From contig CM120641.1 of assembly GCA_051362555.1 (NCBI GenBank), forward strand, positions 47,560,401 through 47,624,400: DNA of 64,000 bases, in the 5' to 3' direction. This DNA is from Lingula anatina. Taxonomy: Eukaryota; Animalia; Brachiopoda. Positions 47,252 to 59,855 of this stretch are shown here, piece after piece (position 1 is the first letter of the stretch; the number at the start of each line of letters is the position of its first letter). The notes below the pieces were generated by a model. The model did no database searches, was not told the DNA's origin, and worked only from the letters and a program-made list of their open reading frames with translations. Both the position numbers and the translations under genes were made by a program.

Positions 47252-49708
47252 TAAGATGACTTATGAGACATTTGCAAGGCATAATGTGTAACTACATGTA
47301 TTTGAGAACCTGTGTTGAAACCAAACCAACCTTCTATTGAGTAAGTACATGTACTGCTTTCAAACACTGTCAGCCTAATGAAGTTAACTATGCCATTTAA
47401 TTAGTTTAAAGACATTTGAGAAACAGAACCAGTTTGATAACGTAAACATGGCTTCAGATACACCTGGTGAGAACCTAAGATTCTATTTAATGTAATGTTA
47501 TTCAATTCTGTTTTAGGCCAGGAAGATGTTTAGAACCAAAAAAGTTCGAGGACGGTCCCTAGAAATAAAAGTAGAATTCAAGCCTCATGCAAAGACAAAG
47601 AAAGTAGGCTTTCAGATAAGATCAGGAGAGAAAGAAGAAACGATTGTTTGTTACGATCACTTTAAAAAGGCCGTGTACATTGACAGAGCTAAAAGTGGCA
47701 TTATTCATAAGAAAATGAGTCTGGTAGACTCCGCTAATGTCGTCCTTCAAAATGGCACATTGAAACTGTGGATATTTCTAGACTGGTCCTCCGTTGAAGT
47801 CTTCGTAAATGACGGACGGCAGGTGATCACGAATCTTATTTTTCCTCAAAAAGATAGCAGTGATGAAGTAGACATATTTTGTTTAGGTCATGAAGCCGAG
47901 GTGGTGAGCCTGAAGATATATGAATTAAATAGTACGTGGGAGAAATACTGGAACAACAACACATGGGATGGTCTTACTGACATCTTGAAGAAAGTTAAGA
48001 TGAATAATATTGAAACCCATACTAATTTAACAGAACTCAGTGCCAGTAATTACTTGTGGATTTTCATAAGCGTATTAATTGTCTGTTACGGGCTCTTGCT
48101 AAACCTGCTGTGCAGATCATTTTCCAGATATTTCTGATGAAAAAAATAATGCAGATGGTGTATCATAATAAAACAGACTGTGTCATGGATGTTCTTAAAG
48201 GCCAATATGACGGAGAAAAGCGTTTCAAAATCGGAGACTAAGTTACGTTTTCAAACGGTTCAAATCACATCTTTCACCCTCGAGAGCAAACATGTAGTGG
48301 TTACACCGATGTTGACGGCTGTCGGGCCGGTTGAGGAAGTCCATGGAGGTCACTCTGACGTCGGGCTCCATTGGATCGAAGTCGGCCCGACTTTGGGCCC
48401 TGGCGTTGTACTAGCTGGCGTAATTTATTGTGTGCAAGCCTTTTCATTAGCCTGTTTTGTCAAGACGTCATGTCGACTGCATATTATTTTTATAAACCCC
48501 AGGAATCTCTTTCTCTACTTGTGACCGTAGTAAACTTCTTGAAAAGTTTATCCTTGTTTTGCTGCAGTGAATAACAATTTTTGTAAGTATAACGCTCTAC
48601 ATATTGAAAAAAGCTTTATCAAAATTCGTGAAGAAATATTTTCAAGTAATTCCTCTAGTTTTGTAATTTGATTTTCATTTTTTTTTCGGGTCAGTCCACC
48701 GCCCCTTAGCATGTCCCACGCCCCTAGGATGTCGCGGCGCCCGCGCCTAGACTATAGGATGTCGCGGCGCCCGCGCCTAGTAAGATTGATTATAAGGTAT
48801 TATTATAATGAGACATTAAGGTACATATAAAGAGAACAGGTGGTGGGTAGAGAGAGGAGGTTAGGTAGTGGGAATAAAGCTGTTTGGAAAACCACGACTC
48901 TTGTTGCTCACTTCTTCTCGATCTGTGAACCTAAAATCGAACCTTACAGTATATTTAAGAAAAAGAGAAGATACAGAATAGAGACAGATGACATAAGAAG
49001 TTTAAAAGAGAAAACTTCCAGCAGAGGGGCAAACCTAGTAAATGATTAATAAGTCTAGTACATATATATTTTTATTTTCATCAGAACAAAGATCAAACAT
49101 GTGTCATTTGTATACCTGAAATATGATTAAAAAGGGTCGTCTTCGGCACCTCAAACATAGGCCTACATGGACACACACTAAATCGCGCTCGAAAAAATAA
49201 GGCCAATCACGCGGAAAGTAAAAGGTACTCCTTTTCCTCACCTACTGCCCTGACATTGAAAGGGCTCCGGACTAAAGATCTCTTTTCAATCGAAAAATCT
49301 ACTTTTTCCTTTGTAGCCTCAAGCTCATGCGAAATGGCATGGCAAAATTTCTCACCTGGATTAATCCGAATTTGAGATTTTCATATGTCTAAAACCAATA
49401 GGTTTGTTATAAAGTAGGAAAAAATTATCAATAATATTCATTTCTAAATAGTTGTCCGCGCCCCCCCCCCCAAAAAAAAAATTAAAATTAAAAGTTTGAA
49501 AATACCATATAATATATCACAGCTTATATAGAGGACAGATATACATTTTTCAAAAAGCTGGATATCCAAAAAAATAATATAAATGAAATTTCTATAGAAA
49601 ATTCAATGGCAGAAATTGGAGGCAATTAGCAAAATTTCTTGGTAAGATTTTTTATCTAAGACAGAAAAAAACTTATGTGCAACAGCCTGCCAACAGGTGT
49701 GTTACTTA

Positions 49709-52375
49709 TAGTCCGGTGGCTTATGGAAAAAATCATGACACAGCGGATAAAAGCACCAAATTTGGCATGTAGTTACCTTTTGACATTCTAAATCAAATTA
49801 GAGCCGTAGCCCTCTCAAACAATTTACCGTTTGGTCAAAAAATCCAAAATGGCCGCCAATTTATGGAATTCTTTAGAAATATGTACATACCCATGTTGAT
49901 TTTTATCAAATAAATCATTTCTCAGAGTTTTCCACACTCTAATTACCCATTTTATTCACATATGTCAGATAGCGAACAAGTTCCCTTGGACTTTTTGAAA
50001 AAATCCAAGATGGCTGTCATATGCCATAGAAACGGCCATAGGAATACTAGTGCACAACTAATACCAGCTAGAAAGATACGTTGTCCACTATCAAGTTAAG
50101 TCTGTTTCTCAGTTTTTTGTTACCCACATTATATGTTTGTGGTGAGTAACTACAAAGTGTTCTTGGGCATTTTGGAAAATCCAAGATGGCTGCCATGTGC
50201 CACAGGAATTCTAGTATCCGAAGGATTTAACTAATGGCAACTGGAAAGATTAATTTTCTACTATCAAATTATGTTTGTTTCTGAGTGTTTTCCACATCCT
50301 TTCCACCCACACAATATGTATGTGGTGAGTAACTAACATGTATTCTTGGACATTTTGAGAAAATCCAAGATGGCCACCATATGTCATAGGAATTCTTCTA
50401 GTATTACAAAGGGTTAGAACTAATGCCAGCTAGGAAAAACATAATCCACTATCAAATAAAGTTTATTTTTTTAGTGTTTTGCACATTATTAATACATATC
50501 TAGCAGGTAATAGATGTGCATATTTGATCATTTTGAAAAAATCCAAGATGGCCATCATTGGCCATAGGAATACTACCGGAATTACAACTGCACATCCATG
50601 GCTTTTCATCTACTACCAGGGTGACATTGTGTTTGCATATCAAGTTTTGCCCATTCTTATTAGTCCTATGATATATACCTGGTGCGTAAATAGTGTGAGA
50701 AAATCCAAGATAGCTACAATTTGACATAGGAATACTAATGAGTGGGTTTCAATTGCTGCATGTGGTTCGTTATACAATTACATTACCATGGGTTTGTTTT
50801 AAAAACAATTTACGTTTTTCTTTCCATTTATTATTACCCCTATGATGTATACCTCGTCTGTAGCATGTGTGTATCTTTAGGTATTCTGAAAAAATTCAAG
50901 ATGTCTGCCTTTTGTCATTAGAATATCCGTACACATAATCAAATAATGCCAGAGATACACTGAGTACAATTTAAATGTAGTTAACTTTAGATTGTTTTAA
51001 ATGCTTTCCCTTTCATATCCTATTTATCCTTTTGAAAGACTCTGTGTGTGTAGAAAGTGTATGTATCCTTGAGTACTATTTGGAGAAAACCCAAGATAGC
51101 TGCCAGTTGCGGTAGGAATATATCATTCAAATGCACATAGGTGTCAATAAATGGAACAGTTCAGACATTGATTCCAACATGAAATAAAGCCGTTTGATGT
51201 TCAAACATGTTGACATCCTTATTAACCTTACTCTATATAAATCTGGTGTGTAGCAAGTGTGCATCTTGCGTATTTGAGAAAATTCAAGATTGCTGCAATT
51301 CACAATAGGAATAGTACAGTCAACTAGTGCCAGAGAGACATTGGGTTCAATATAAAATGAATTTTGTTTCTCGGTATTTCCCATATTCTTTTTTGACTTT
51401 GAGATATCTGTCTGGTGGGTAACAAGTGTGTACCCTTAAGTATTTTGACAAAATATCATAATGATCCTGATTTGCCTTAGAAGTGCCTATAAAATCCAAT
51501 GCACCAGTTTTCCTATGGGGAAAAGAAGGCCATCTTGGATTTCCCCAAAATGATCAAATATGGACATTAATAACTTAACAGATATTTATCATGGAATAAT
51601 AATAATAATAATAAAAGAAAAACAACTGAATTTAGCTTCATTTTATATGGAAGCCTATCTCTCGCAGGTATTAACTTAACTCCACCTTCTATGGCTAATG
51701 GCAGCCATTTTGTTTTGTTTTCAAAAAGGATATATATAACATTCTCATCACATATATATTATGTGGATTAAAAAGATGTGGAAATACTCAGAAACAAATC
51801 TAATTTATCAATTAATATTATATCTCCATGGCAGAAGAAGCCCTATGTGTATACTATAGTGTTCCTTTGATATGGCGGCCATCTTGGATTTTTCTCGAAA
51901 TGCCTGAGAATAAAGGCTAGTTACTCACCACAAATAAATTATTTCTGTAATAAGGCACTCAGAAACAAAATTAATTAGATAATGGGCAATGCATCTTCCT
52001 AGTTGGCATATTAGTTGAAAACCCTTGTACATGTTCTAGTATTCCTATGCCATACGGCGGCCATCTTGGATTTTTCAAAAAGTCCAAGGACACTCGTTTG
52101 TTATCTGACATATATGCATAATATGGGTAATAAGGATGTGGAAAACATTGAGAAAATACTTTATTTGATAAAAATCAACATAGGTATGTATATATTTCTA
52201 CAGAATTTCACAAATTGGTGGCCATTTTGGATTTTTTGGCCTAACGGTAATTTTTTTCCGTGGGCTACGGCTCTATTGTGATTTAGTATGTCAAAAGGTA
52301 CCCACATGCAAAATGTGGTGCTTTTATCCGCCGTGTCACGATTTGGCCATTTTTTTGCCCTAAGCAACCGGACTA
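49709..52375. mobile_element. Non-autonomous DNA transposon with TAG...CTA ends, long imperfect TIRs and 3-bp TTA TSD (Academ-like)
   Basis: tagtccggtggctta ... taagcaaccggacta; TIR similarity of at least ~340 bp; TTA at 49706-49708 and 52376-52378. The empty site gttacttataagccc is present in duplicate 1 (~36810). The superfamily name is inferred from termini and TSD only. Confidence 0.85.
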
Positions 52376-54593
52376 TTATAAGCCCGCCCGAAGAGCTGGG
52401 TGTTCATTTCACATGACAAGTTATGATGAAGATATCAGCCTCATACCACGTTATAAAACCCAGTCATACATGTCTGTCGTAACAAAGCCAATATGGGTCT
52501 TTAGGTACAATGTGCACCAATACATTTTTCAAGTATTGGGAGGCGTGTAAAACAGCCTTATATTCAACTGACCAGTAGAGCGATATGGATCAGAGCGTCC
52601 ATTGTGACGTAGACGGTCCACCTTCAATAATTGTCATATGGTTCAATTTGTTTCGGCCATGGTGATACTTAGCTGAGGGTCCCATTGGGGGTGGTGATCA
52701 CAGCTCACATGAATTTAAATCACCAATTCACAAATCACAGTAAATTATACTTTTCATACTATTGTCACATACATATGTCACTAAAAATACGTGTCGAAAA
52801 TCCCGAATATCACGAGTAACTAGATGTGATGGCTTTGTTTCACGAGCGGCGGAGAATAAAAAGCTGCATCCACTAGTCACGGGAATGGGGTGCTTCACAG
52901 ATCACTGTTAATAAAAACAACGTTCCACACATCTTGTGAAATAAAAAAGTGGCTTTCACTACAAACGAAATACCCAATGGAACCCTCTAATTTTACACTT
53001 TCACGCGGTACCATTCACATAAATAAAACAATTTTTTCTATACCATATGCCAGTATAGCTGGACATCTAGAGACAATAATGACTTAAAGTTTAAACTGTC
53101 AGTGAGTGTAGAGAAGTTCACGAGGAGCAAAATAATGCGTCGGATGTTTGGTAAGTCCATAACTATTTTCTAATATTATGACCTTGTGTACAAAGCAAAA
53201 TCTTGAACAAAATAAGTTGTACTTTAGTTGACGAAAGATGGGTGGGTGTTGTCTGACCTTTAGTTGCCACTGCAGAAATGACGAGTTTTTTAAAAAAAGA
53301 TTAGCTACAGAGCAGGACCCACCCTGTTAACAGCGGTAAAATGTTGTATTGTACAGTTTAAGTGTCAATAAACGTGTCATTTTCTTCTGACCATCAAGTT
53401 ACTACCTGTCCCGTTCGGGAGCTCCCAAACCAATAATCCGCTCCCCCCCCCCCGCCCGAAAGTGTCCAGATATAGCCCGTACTCAAACTGATTTTCAAGC
53501 CTGAAAAATGATTTAATTTTTTTTTTGCATTAATATCTATTAATATCATTACAAAAGAAACGAGAAAAAACTTTTTTGATCAATTTCAAAAGGGCATTAT
53601 AATGTATCTATCCCCCTTTATAAGTCTATTGTAGATAGCGAGTCAGCGACATATATGTGATATACATGAGTTAAAAGATTGTCACATTTGATTTTTTTTT
53701 GGGGGGGGGTCGCACATGTAGATATAGAGGGGCCACAAAAGTATTGGACCATTTTTCTTGAAGTTGAACAACAAGTGGGTTTTTCAATTAGTATTTTATT
53801 GAAAAGTAATAAAGTCAAGTTAGTATCTTAACTACAGGTTTACAAATCAGTGCTTATCCTTACAAAAAATCCTCCAAGCATTAACAGCATAAAAGACGCC
53901 TGTTGTCTCTGGCCTTGTCTTCTTTGGGCGGCCATTTTGTAGTATTATGAGGGCATCGCCAGTGCCCTCCATCCTGCTGCGTATCCTCGTATAAAGTCTG
54001 CCCTGATACACAATGGGGACTGCTATATCCTCTTCCCTCGGGAATACATTTCTTTTCTTTCTTCATTTGAAGTCCATAAGGTCTGGTCGGAAAATTCGCT
54101 TAGAAATGAACATGCTATTGTTTTAGCGAGTGAAAAATATTTGGAGTGTTATAAATTTCGAATGTCCCTAATTAATCACTTTTGGGTTCGCTTATTTCAT
54201 ATTCCTTGCCAATATGCCATGATTTGAACATGAAGACTGGAACTTTTTTCCTGTTAATGTGGTGAGTTGACCAGCCAATACGATCAGTCAAATTGACACC
54301 TACCGTCTTGTGACTTTGACCTTTACTATCAGAGGGTAGAAAGTTGACAGTCAGAAGGGCGTTAAACATTCCATGGCACCCTTTATGGTGCACATGGATG
54401 AAAATTTATCACTGGTTACGCGAGCAATGAACCGCGAACCACCCCGGACAAACGGGTCCTCCTTGTCACATAGTGCACCATTCGCAGATTGCGTAATATT
54501 TTTGTCACGCCTCTGAAAATTTGGGAAATGCAGTATTGTAATTCTTTTGATAAAGGCTGGTATATTCGACAGCATAAATATTATATTTTAGGT

Positions 54594-57500
54594 ATGATAA
54601 GAGACGTCCATAAGGGAAAAATAAAAGTTCACCTCACACTACTTCTGATGTGGATGAGAATGGCAAGTGGAGAAAATGCACCGCCTCAATACCGTGAAAA
54701 ATGGCGACCACAATATCACTATACTCCTCCAAAGAACTTTATGAACGACCCTAGCGGACTAGTTGCATTCGATGGTCTATATCATTTATTTTATATATAC
54801 GACCCTAGCGGTAAGTACATACACATAGCTTTTACCCATCAGCAGTACAATGTACGTATTTTAAATGAGCAAAATGGATTTTAATTATGCTATCGTATTT
54901 TATTTTATCGACAAATCAAATCAATTTGTATTTTATGCTTTTATGTATAAATATGGCTTAAATTATTATTATTATTATATTGAAATGACATCGATATATT
55001 AAAGCTACTCTATGGCCACATTCACAACAAAGTTGACAGATCCGTGGATCCAATATAGCCGGACCACTTGAAAGTTTGCTGCATTATTCCCTAATAAACA
55101 CTAAATAGATACCCCTCAGGATAATGCAGCAACCTTTCAAGTGGATCGGACATATTTGATCCGCGGATCTGTTTGTCCGTGGACCAACTTTGTTTTGAAT
55201 GCGGTCTATACGGGATTTACCAGCCAAAATGAATTTTCCACAAGGGGGGAGGGAGAGGAGAGGGGGGAGGATTATTTTTGTCTCACGAATCCTTGCTTGA
55301 CGCATCCTTGCACTTGGATTCGAACCTTTGTTTTTCATTTTTGATTAATTTAACGATTTAAACAGGCGCTTGTATTTGAAGGGTTTCAGAGTTTTGAAGG
55401 TCTGACTTGGAAAAAATCGAAAGCTAAGCAGACAGACGCTTAAGCCGACTAATTTGACTGTAATCTAGTGAGACTCCCCACAGGGATAGATCGATCTAAA
55501 ATCTGTGGGAATGGGGTCTAAAGCACGGGGATAAAAATATATGTACATATGTCTTTAGCTATAGGTCCAGTGCAGTACAGCAGCTGGGGTCATGCCGTCA
55601 GCACTGATCTCGTTCACTGGGAAACTTGGCCTCTTGCTCTCCCGGAGACTGCCGGGGTGTTGGTCTTCAGTGGCAGTGCAGTGGCTGACATTCACAACAC
55701 CACCGGATTTTGCACCAATGACACCGTAGCCTTGATTGCAATTTTCACTGGCCATCATCCGTAAGTACTATTTGATAACGAATACTTTTCACCCAGCAGT
55801 TTTCCTTATTACTGTTTTTGCCGTAGGCCATTCATTATATGCACTAGACTGCATATACAGTATGACGCTTGTTTTTTTTCTTTTTTTTTTTAAACAAAAC
55901 AACCCGAAATAAACGTAGCGGATGCGGTATAGATATAAGTACGTGTATATTAGCTGTAAATTATTTGTGAAATATATTGTGCCTCTGAAGAACACACTGG
56001 ACAGCCGTAAAATGGTCTTCATCCTTTTGTTATTATTATTATTATTTTATGATTATTTTTAAAATCATTATTATTATTTGTGCACCGGTTATTTGTTATA
56101 AGGGCATCGGATCTATCTGGACAAGGGTTGGCTTACAGCTTGGATGGCGGTGTGAAGTGGACGTATTATGACAGAAATCCTGTGTTAGACGTAGGCACGA
56201 CTCACTTTCGAGACCCCAAAGTATTTTGGCACGAGCCAACAAAACGATGGGTTATGGCGGTAGCACAAGCTATGGGAAAAAACAGAGCTATCCGTCTGTT
56301 TTCATCCCCAGACCTGAAGAATTGGACTTACTTGAGTGAAAAGAATCAGCAAGGTTTGATTGCCACCAATGAAGTGGAGACCCCAAACCTTTTTGAATTA
56401 AGGGTGACAGAAGAAAACACAACCAAGTGGGTTCTGGCGGTCATTACGGGAAAAGGATCGCGTCCCCGCCGTTCAGTGATGTACTGGATTGGTAGGATGT
56501 ACAAGCTTTTATTTTATATCTCATATATTCATTTATCATATTGATGTAGATTTACAGGTAGATTGGGGGTGCAACTATGGTGGCAAATGTTTTTCCATTT
56601 TTCGATTTTTAATGCACAATGTTTAATGCATACTGTTTAAGGTAGTTGAAATGCACAGCGGGGGTGTTTGCTTTACTATGCTGAATAATAGAAATCCGCT
56701 TTAAATAAAAAATCTTAGTGGCCCTTTGCTACAGACAAGAAGCGGCAAAGTGTATAACTTATGAGTATCCTGGTATTCACAAATTATAATCTGAAGATTT
56801 GCTTAAATTTGATATAAATCGCTTTCTCACAAAAGAAAATTATAGCATAAGGATCATGGCATTATCGCTTCATAATTGTCATCATTTATTATTTAGGTAA
56901 CTTTGATGGAAAGCAGTTTGTTCCTGACGATATAAAAGCCAGATTTGTGGACTTTGGCTACGACTTCCAAGCCTTTCAAACCTGGAACAATTATGTGGAT
57001 GATCGAGTGTTGATGATAGGATGGATGTGGTAAGACTTAAATATTGAAGGAATAAATATATGGACCATTCCCAGACCATATCGTGCTAACTTTGGATCGA
57101 TCTATCTCTGAGGGGATTTTCGCTAAATTGCAATCAACTTAAGCTTAGATGTGTGTCACTCCTACTAATGCTAGGATGTAATCAATTATCGTTTAGCAGC
57201 TTCAGTAGGCGTACCAGTCATCTAAGCAGCTTAAGCTGATAGCAATTTAGCGAGAACTCCCTTGGAGATGGACCGATCCTGTTAAATCGAACTAGGTATG
57301 GGAAACCTAGTCCTACGACCAGAAAAGAGTTGGTTAATGTCGTCATTTCAGAGGGAAAATCCTCGCCGGTTATAGCACAGGAGCGTGCACTGCATTAGGC
57401 TGAGAAATATTTGTTAATTGCTTGTAAAAAACACTCCATGTGATCCCTGGTAGAGGTTAGTGTAAAACCATATCCTGACTCCCCAGTCAATACCGGAGTA

Positions 57501-59855
57501 TTTTACCATCAGAGTTTTTGCCATTTGAAATTAACCAAGAATCCTATCTGAAAGCTCTTTACCCAATCGGGTTTAATTAAGTTTTTTTGGGAACAGTATT
57601 TGCAACTAGACAAATACGAGAAAACGCATTTTGCAATCCAAACAATTTTTGTAGTCATTGAAAGGGGATTCAACCTTTAAGATTTTATTAATCAACGAGT
57701 TAAAGTAAAATTCATTTATTTACTATTTATTTATTATCACCCAGGGTGTTTATTTACTTTTTACAATAATACGTTTGTAAAACACTTTGTGTCTAATTGG
57801 GTTCAGATAAAATTTTTGCTGCTTTTATGTAAACTGATCGATTCATTTTATTCAATTTATTCGATAGTTTGTGTTTTCAACTAACTGTTTAAAGACAAAA
57901 GATATTATGATGCGAAATTTAAAGGAAGTATCCCACTCTTTCGTTTTGATCACATTTTTTTTTTGAGATATTGCAATCCAAAGAGAGACTATTAAAAGAT
58001 TAGGCGGTTTTTCTTTCATGTACGTCCGCCATATTTAGTTCTAGGATTTGTAAAGCCATGGCTCAACTCGTTGTGAATGCGATCTATGGTGTCTCTACAA
58101 CTGATCATTTGAAATCATGACGTGAAAGTGCGGCTCACTTAATGTAAATTTTCAAAAAGAAAAAATACATGTTTGGCATATATTTATTTTTCATATAGTT
58201 TGTAAGCAAAGTTACAGACATACCTTCTTGAATGAAAATAATTTAAAGCAAAAAGCTTAAAAATATATTAACCCTGTCCTCACCGTATGTGTAATTGTAT
58301 TATCCATTTTATAGCGATTTAAAAATTGTAAATAACTGTATATGCTTGGAAATAGTGCTTACAATTTTGATAGTCTGCTTAATTGTGCAAATCTTATGAG
58401 AAAAGAAAGAAGCAAAGTTGTCAGATTGAAGTAAAACATTGTTGTTTGTTTGTCATGTAGCGTGTGGGACTACTGTGGACTAGTGCCAACCCAACCTTGG
58501 AAGGGAGCTCAGTCTCTGGTGCGAGAGCTTTCACTGGAAAGGGAGACTTCTGCCATTATTCTTGTTCAGAAACCAGTCAAACAAATGGAAAAGTTAAGGT
58601 CTGCGCTGAAGCTGGAATTGGACAAGACCGATACACTAACTGTAAGTGATGAAAACTCACTAGGCTCTAAGGGAGCGTTCAGATAAACCCACCGTGTTAG
58701 CTGGATCAACCCAACTCTGCGGGATATTTTCCCTATTTACACCCACTTTAATCGGCTTAAATGTCTGACACGCCTCCTCGAGTTGCTAGGGGTAATTAAC
58801 TAATTAACTAGCTACACAAGGAGGCGTGTCAGACAATGAACCTCGTTACACTGAATGTACTGTAGCGAGAATCCCCCGCGGAGTTGGATCGATCTAGCTG
58901 GTGCTATGTTTGAATCTGAACGCAGTGTAAGATGACTTATGAGACATTTGCAAGGCATATTGTGTAACTACATGTATTTGAGAACCTGTGGTGAAACCAA
59001 ACCAACCTTCTATAGAGTAAATACATGTAATCCATGAGTAATGGGGACTCCGAGTATTTTACTGCTTTTAAACACTGTCAGCCTGATGAAGTTAACTATG
59101 TCATTTAATTAGTTGAAAGACATATGTGAAACAGACTTAGTTTGAAAATGTAAACATGTGCTTCAAACACAGCGGGTGAGAACCTAAGATTCCATTTATT
59201 GAATTTTTATTTAATTCTATTTTAGGCCAGGAAGATGTTTAGAACCAATAAAGTTCGAGGACGGTCCCTAGAAATAAAAGTAGAATTCAAGCCTCATGCA
59301 AAGACAAAGAAAGTGGGCTTTCAGATAAGATCAGGAGAAAAAGAAGAAACGATTGTTTGTTACGATCACTTTAAAGAGGCGGTGTACATTGACAGAGCTA
59401 AAAGTGGCATTATTCATAAGAAAATGAGTCTGGTAGACTCCGCTAATGTCGTCCTTCAAAATGGCACATTGAAACTGTGGATATTTCTAGACTGGTCCTC
59501 CGTTGAAGTCTTCGTGAATGACGGACGACAGGTGATCACGAATCTCATTTTTCCTCAGAACGATAGCAGTGATGAAGTAGACATATTCTGTTTAGGCCAT
59601 GAAGCCGAGGTGGTGAGCCTGAAGATATACGAATTAAATACTACGTGGGAGAAATACTGGAACAACAACACATGGGGTGGGCTTACTGACAACTTGAAGA
59701 AAGTTCATATATTTAAGATGAACAGTATAAAAGCCCATTCTAATTTAACAGAAGTCAGTGACAGTAACTACTTGTGGATTTTCATAAGCGTATTAATTGT
59801 CTGTTACGGGCTTTTGCTAAACCTGCTATGCAGATCATTTTCCAGATATTTCTGA
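54594..59855 (+). CDS. GH32 levanase/exo-inulinase-like enzyme, copy 2, intact, 583 aa, with N-terminal leader and C-terminal hydrophobic anchor
   Basis: Exons 54594-54810, 55559-55760, 56103-56491, 56897-57029, 58461-58641, 59226-59855 total 1752 nt in frame. Motifs [52 protein letters not shown]. The ATG sits 2 nt after an AG, so an upstream exon is possible. Confidence 0.92.
57040..57311. mobile_element. MITE insertion next to the exon-4 donor of GH32 copy 2
   Basis: Palindromic core (tcgctaaattgc...ttaagc / gcttaa...gcaatttagcga). Copy 1 reads gtaagtcttacggccagaaaa with no insertion. Confidence 0.65.

Larger units (their letters stand above)
40122..48137 (+). pseudogene. GH32 levanase/beta-fructofuranosidase-like gene, copy 1, frameshifted (pseudogene or assembly error)
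   Basis: Exons 40122-40338, 42042-42243, 43199-43586, 44619-44751, 46785-46965, 47517-48137. Exon 3 is 388 nt versus 389 in copy 2: acg-acccc-tttcgagac versus acg-actcac-tttcgagac at ~43296-43300, giving a stop at 43356-43358. Confidence 0.75.
36274..48693 (+). repeat. Segmental tandem duplication, unit 1
   Basis: Starts aaatcgcgctcgaaaaaataa and ends ttttcgggtca; collinear with 49180-60410 across upstream DNA, exons, introns and 3' flank. Confidence 0.9.

Noticed and set aside
48180-48574. ORFs downstream of the GH32 copy-1 stop
   Set aside because: Disrupted by indels in copy 2; likely 3' UTR with a GC-rich repeat fragment.
53881-54066. Minus-strand ORF upstream of GH32 copy 2 (paralogous DNA ~38700-38880)
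   Set aside because: The frame is not preserved in the paralogous copy and I recognise no domain; possibly a decayed repeat.
40122-59855. Bacterial contamination as the source of the GH32 genes
   Set aside because: Five spliceosomal introns with consistent phase, MITE families shared with the flanking animal regions, and contiguity with animal genes.
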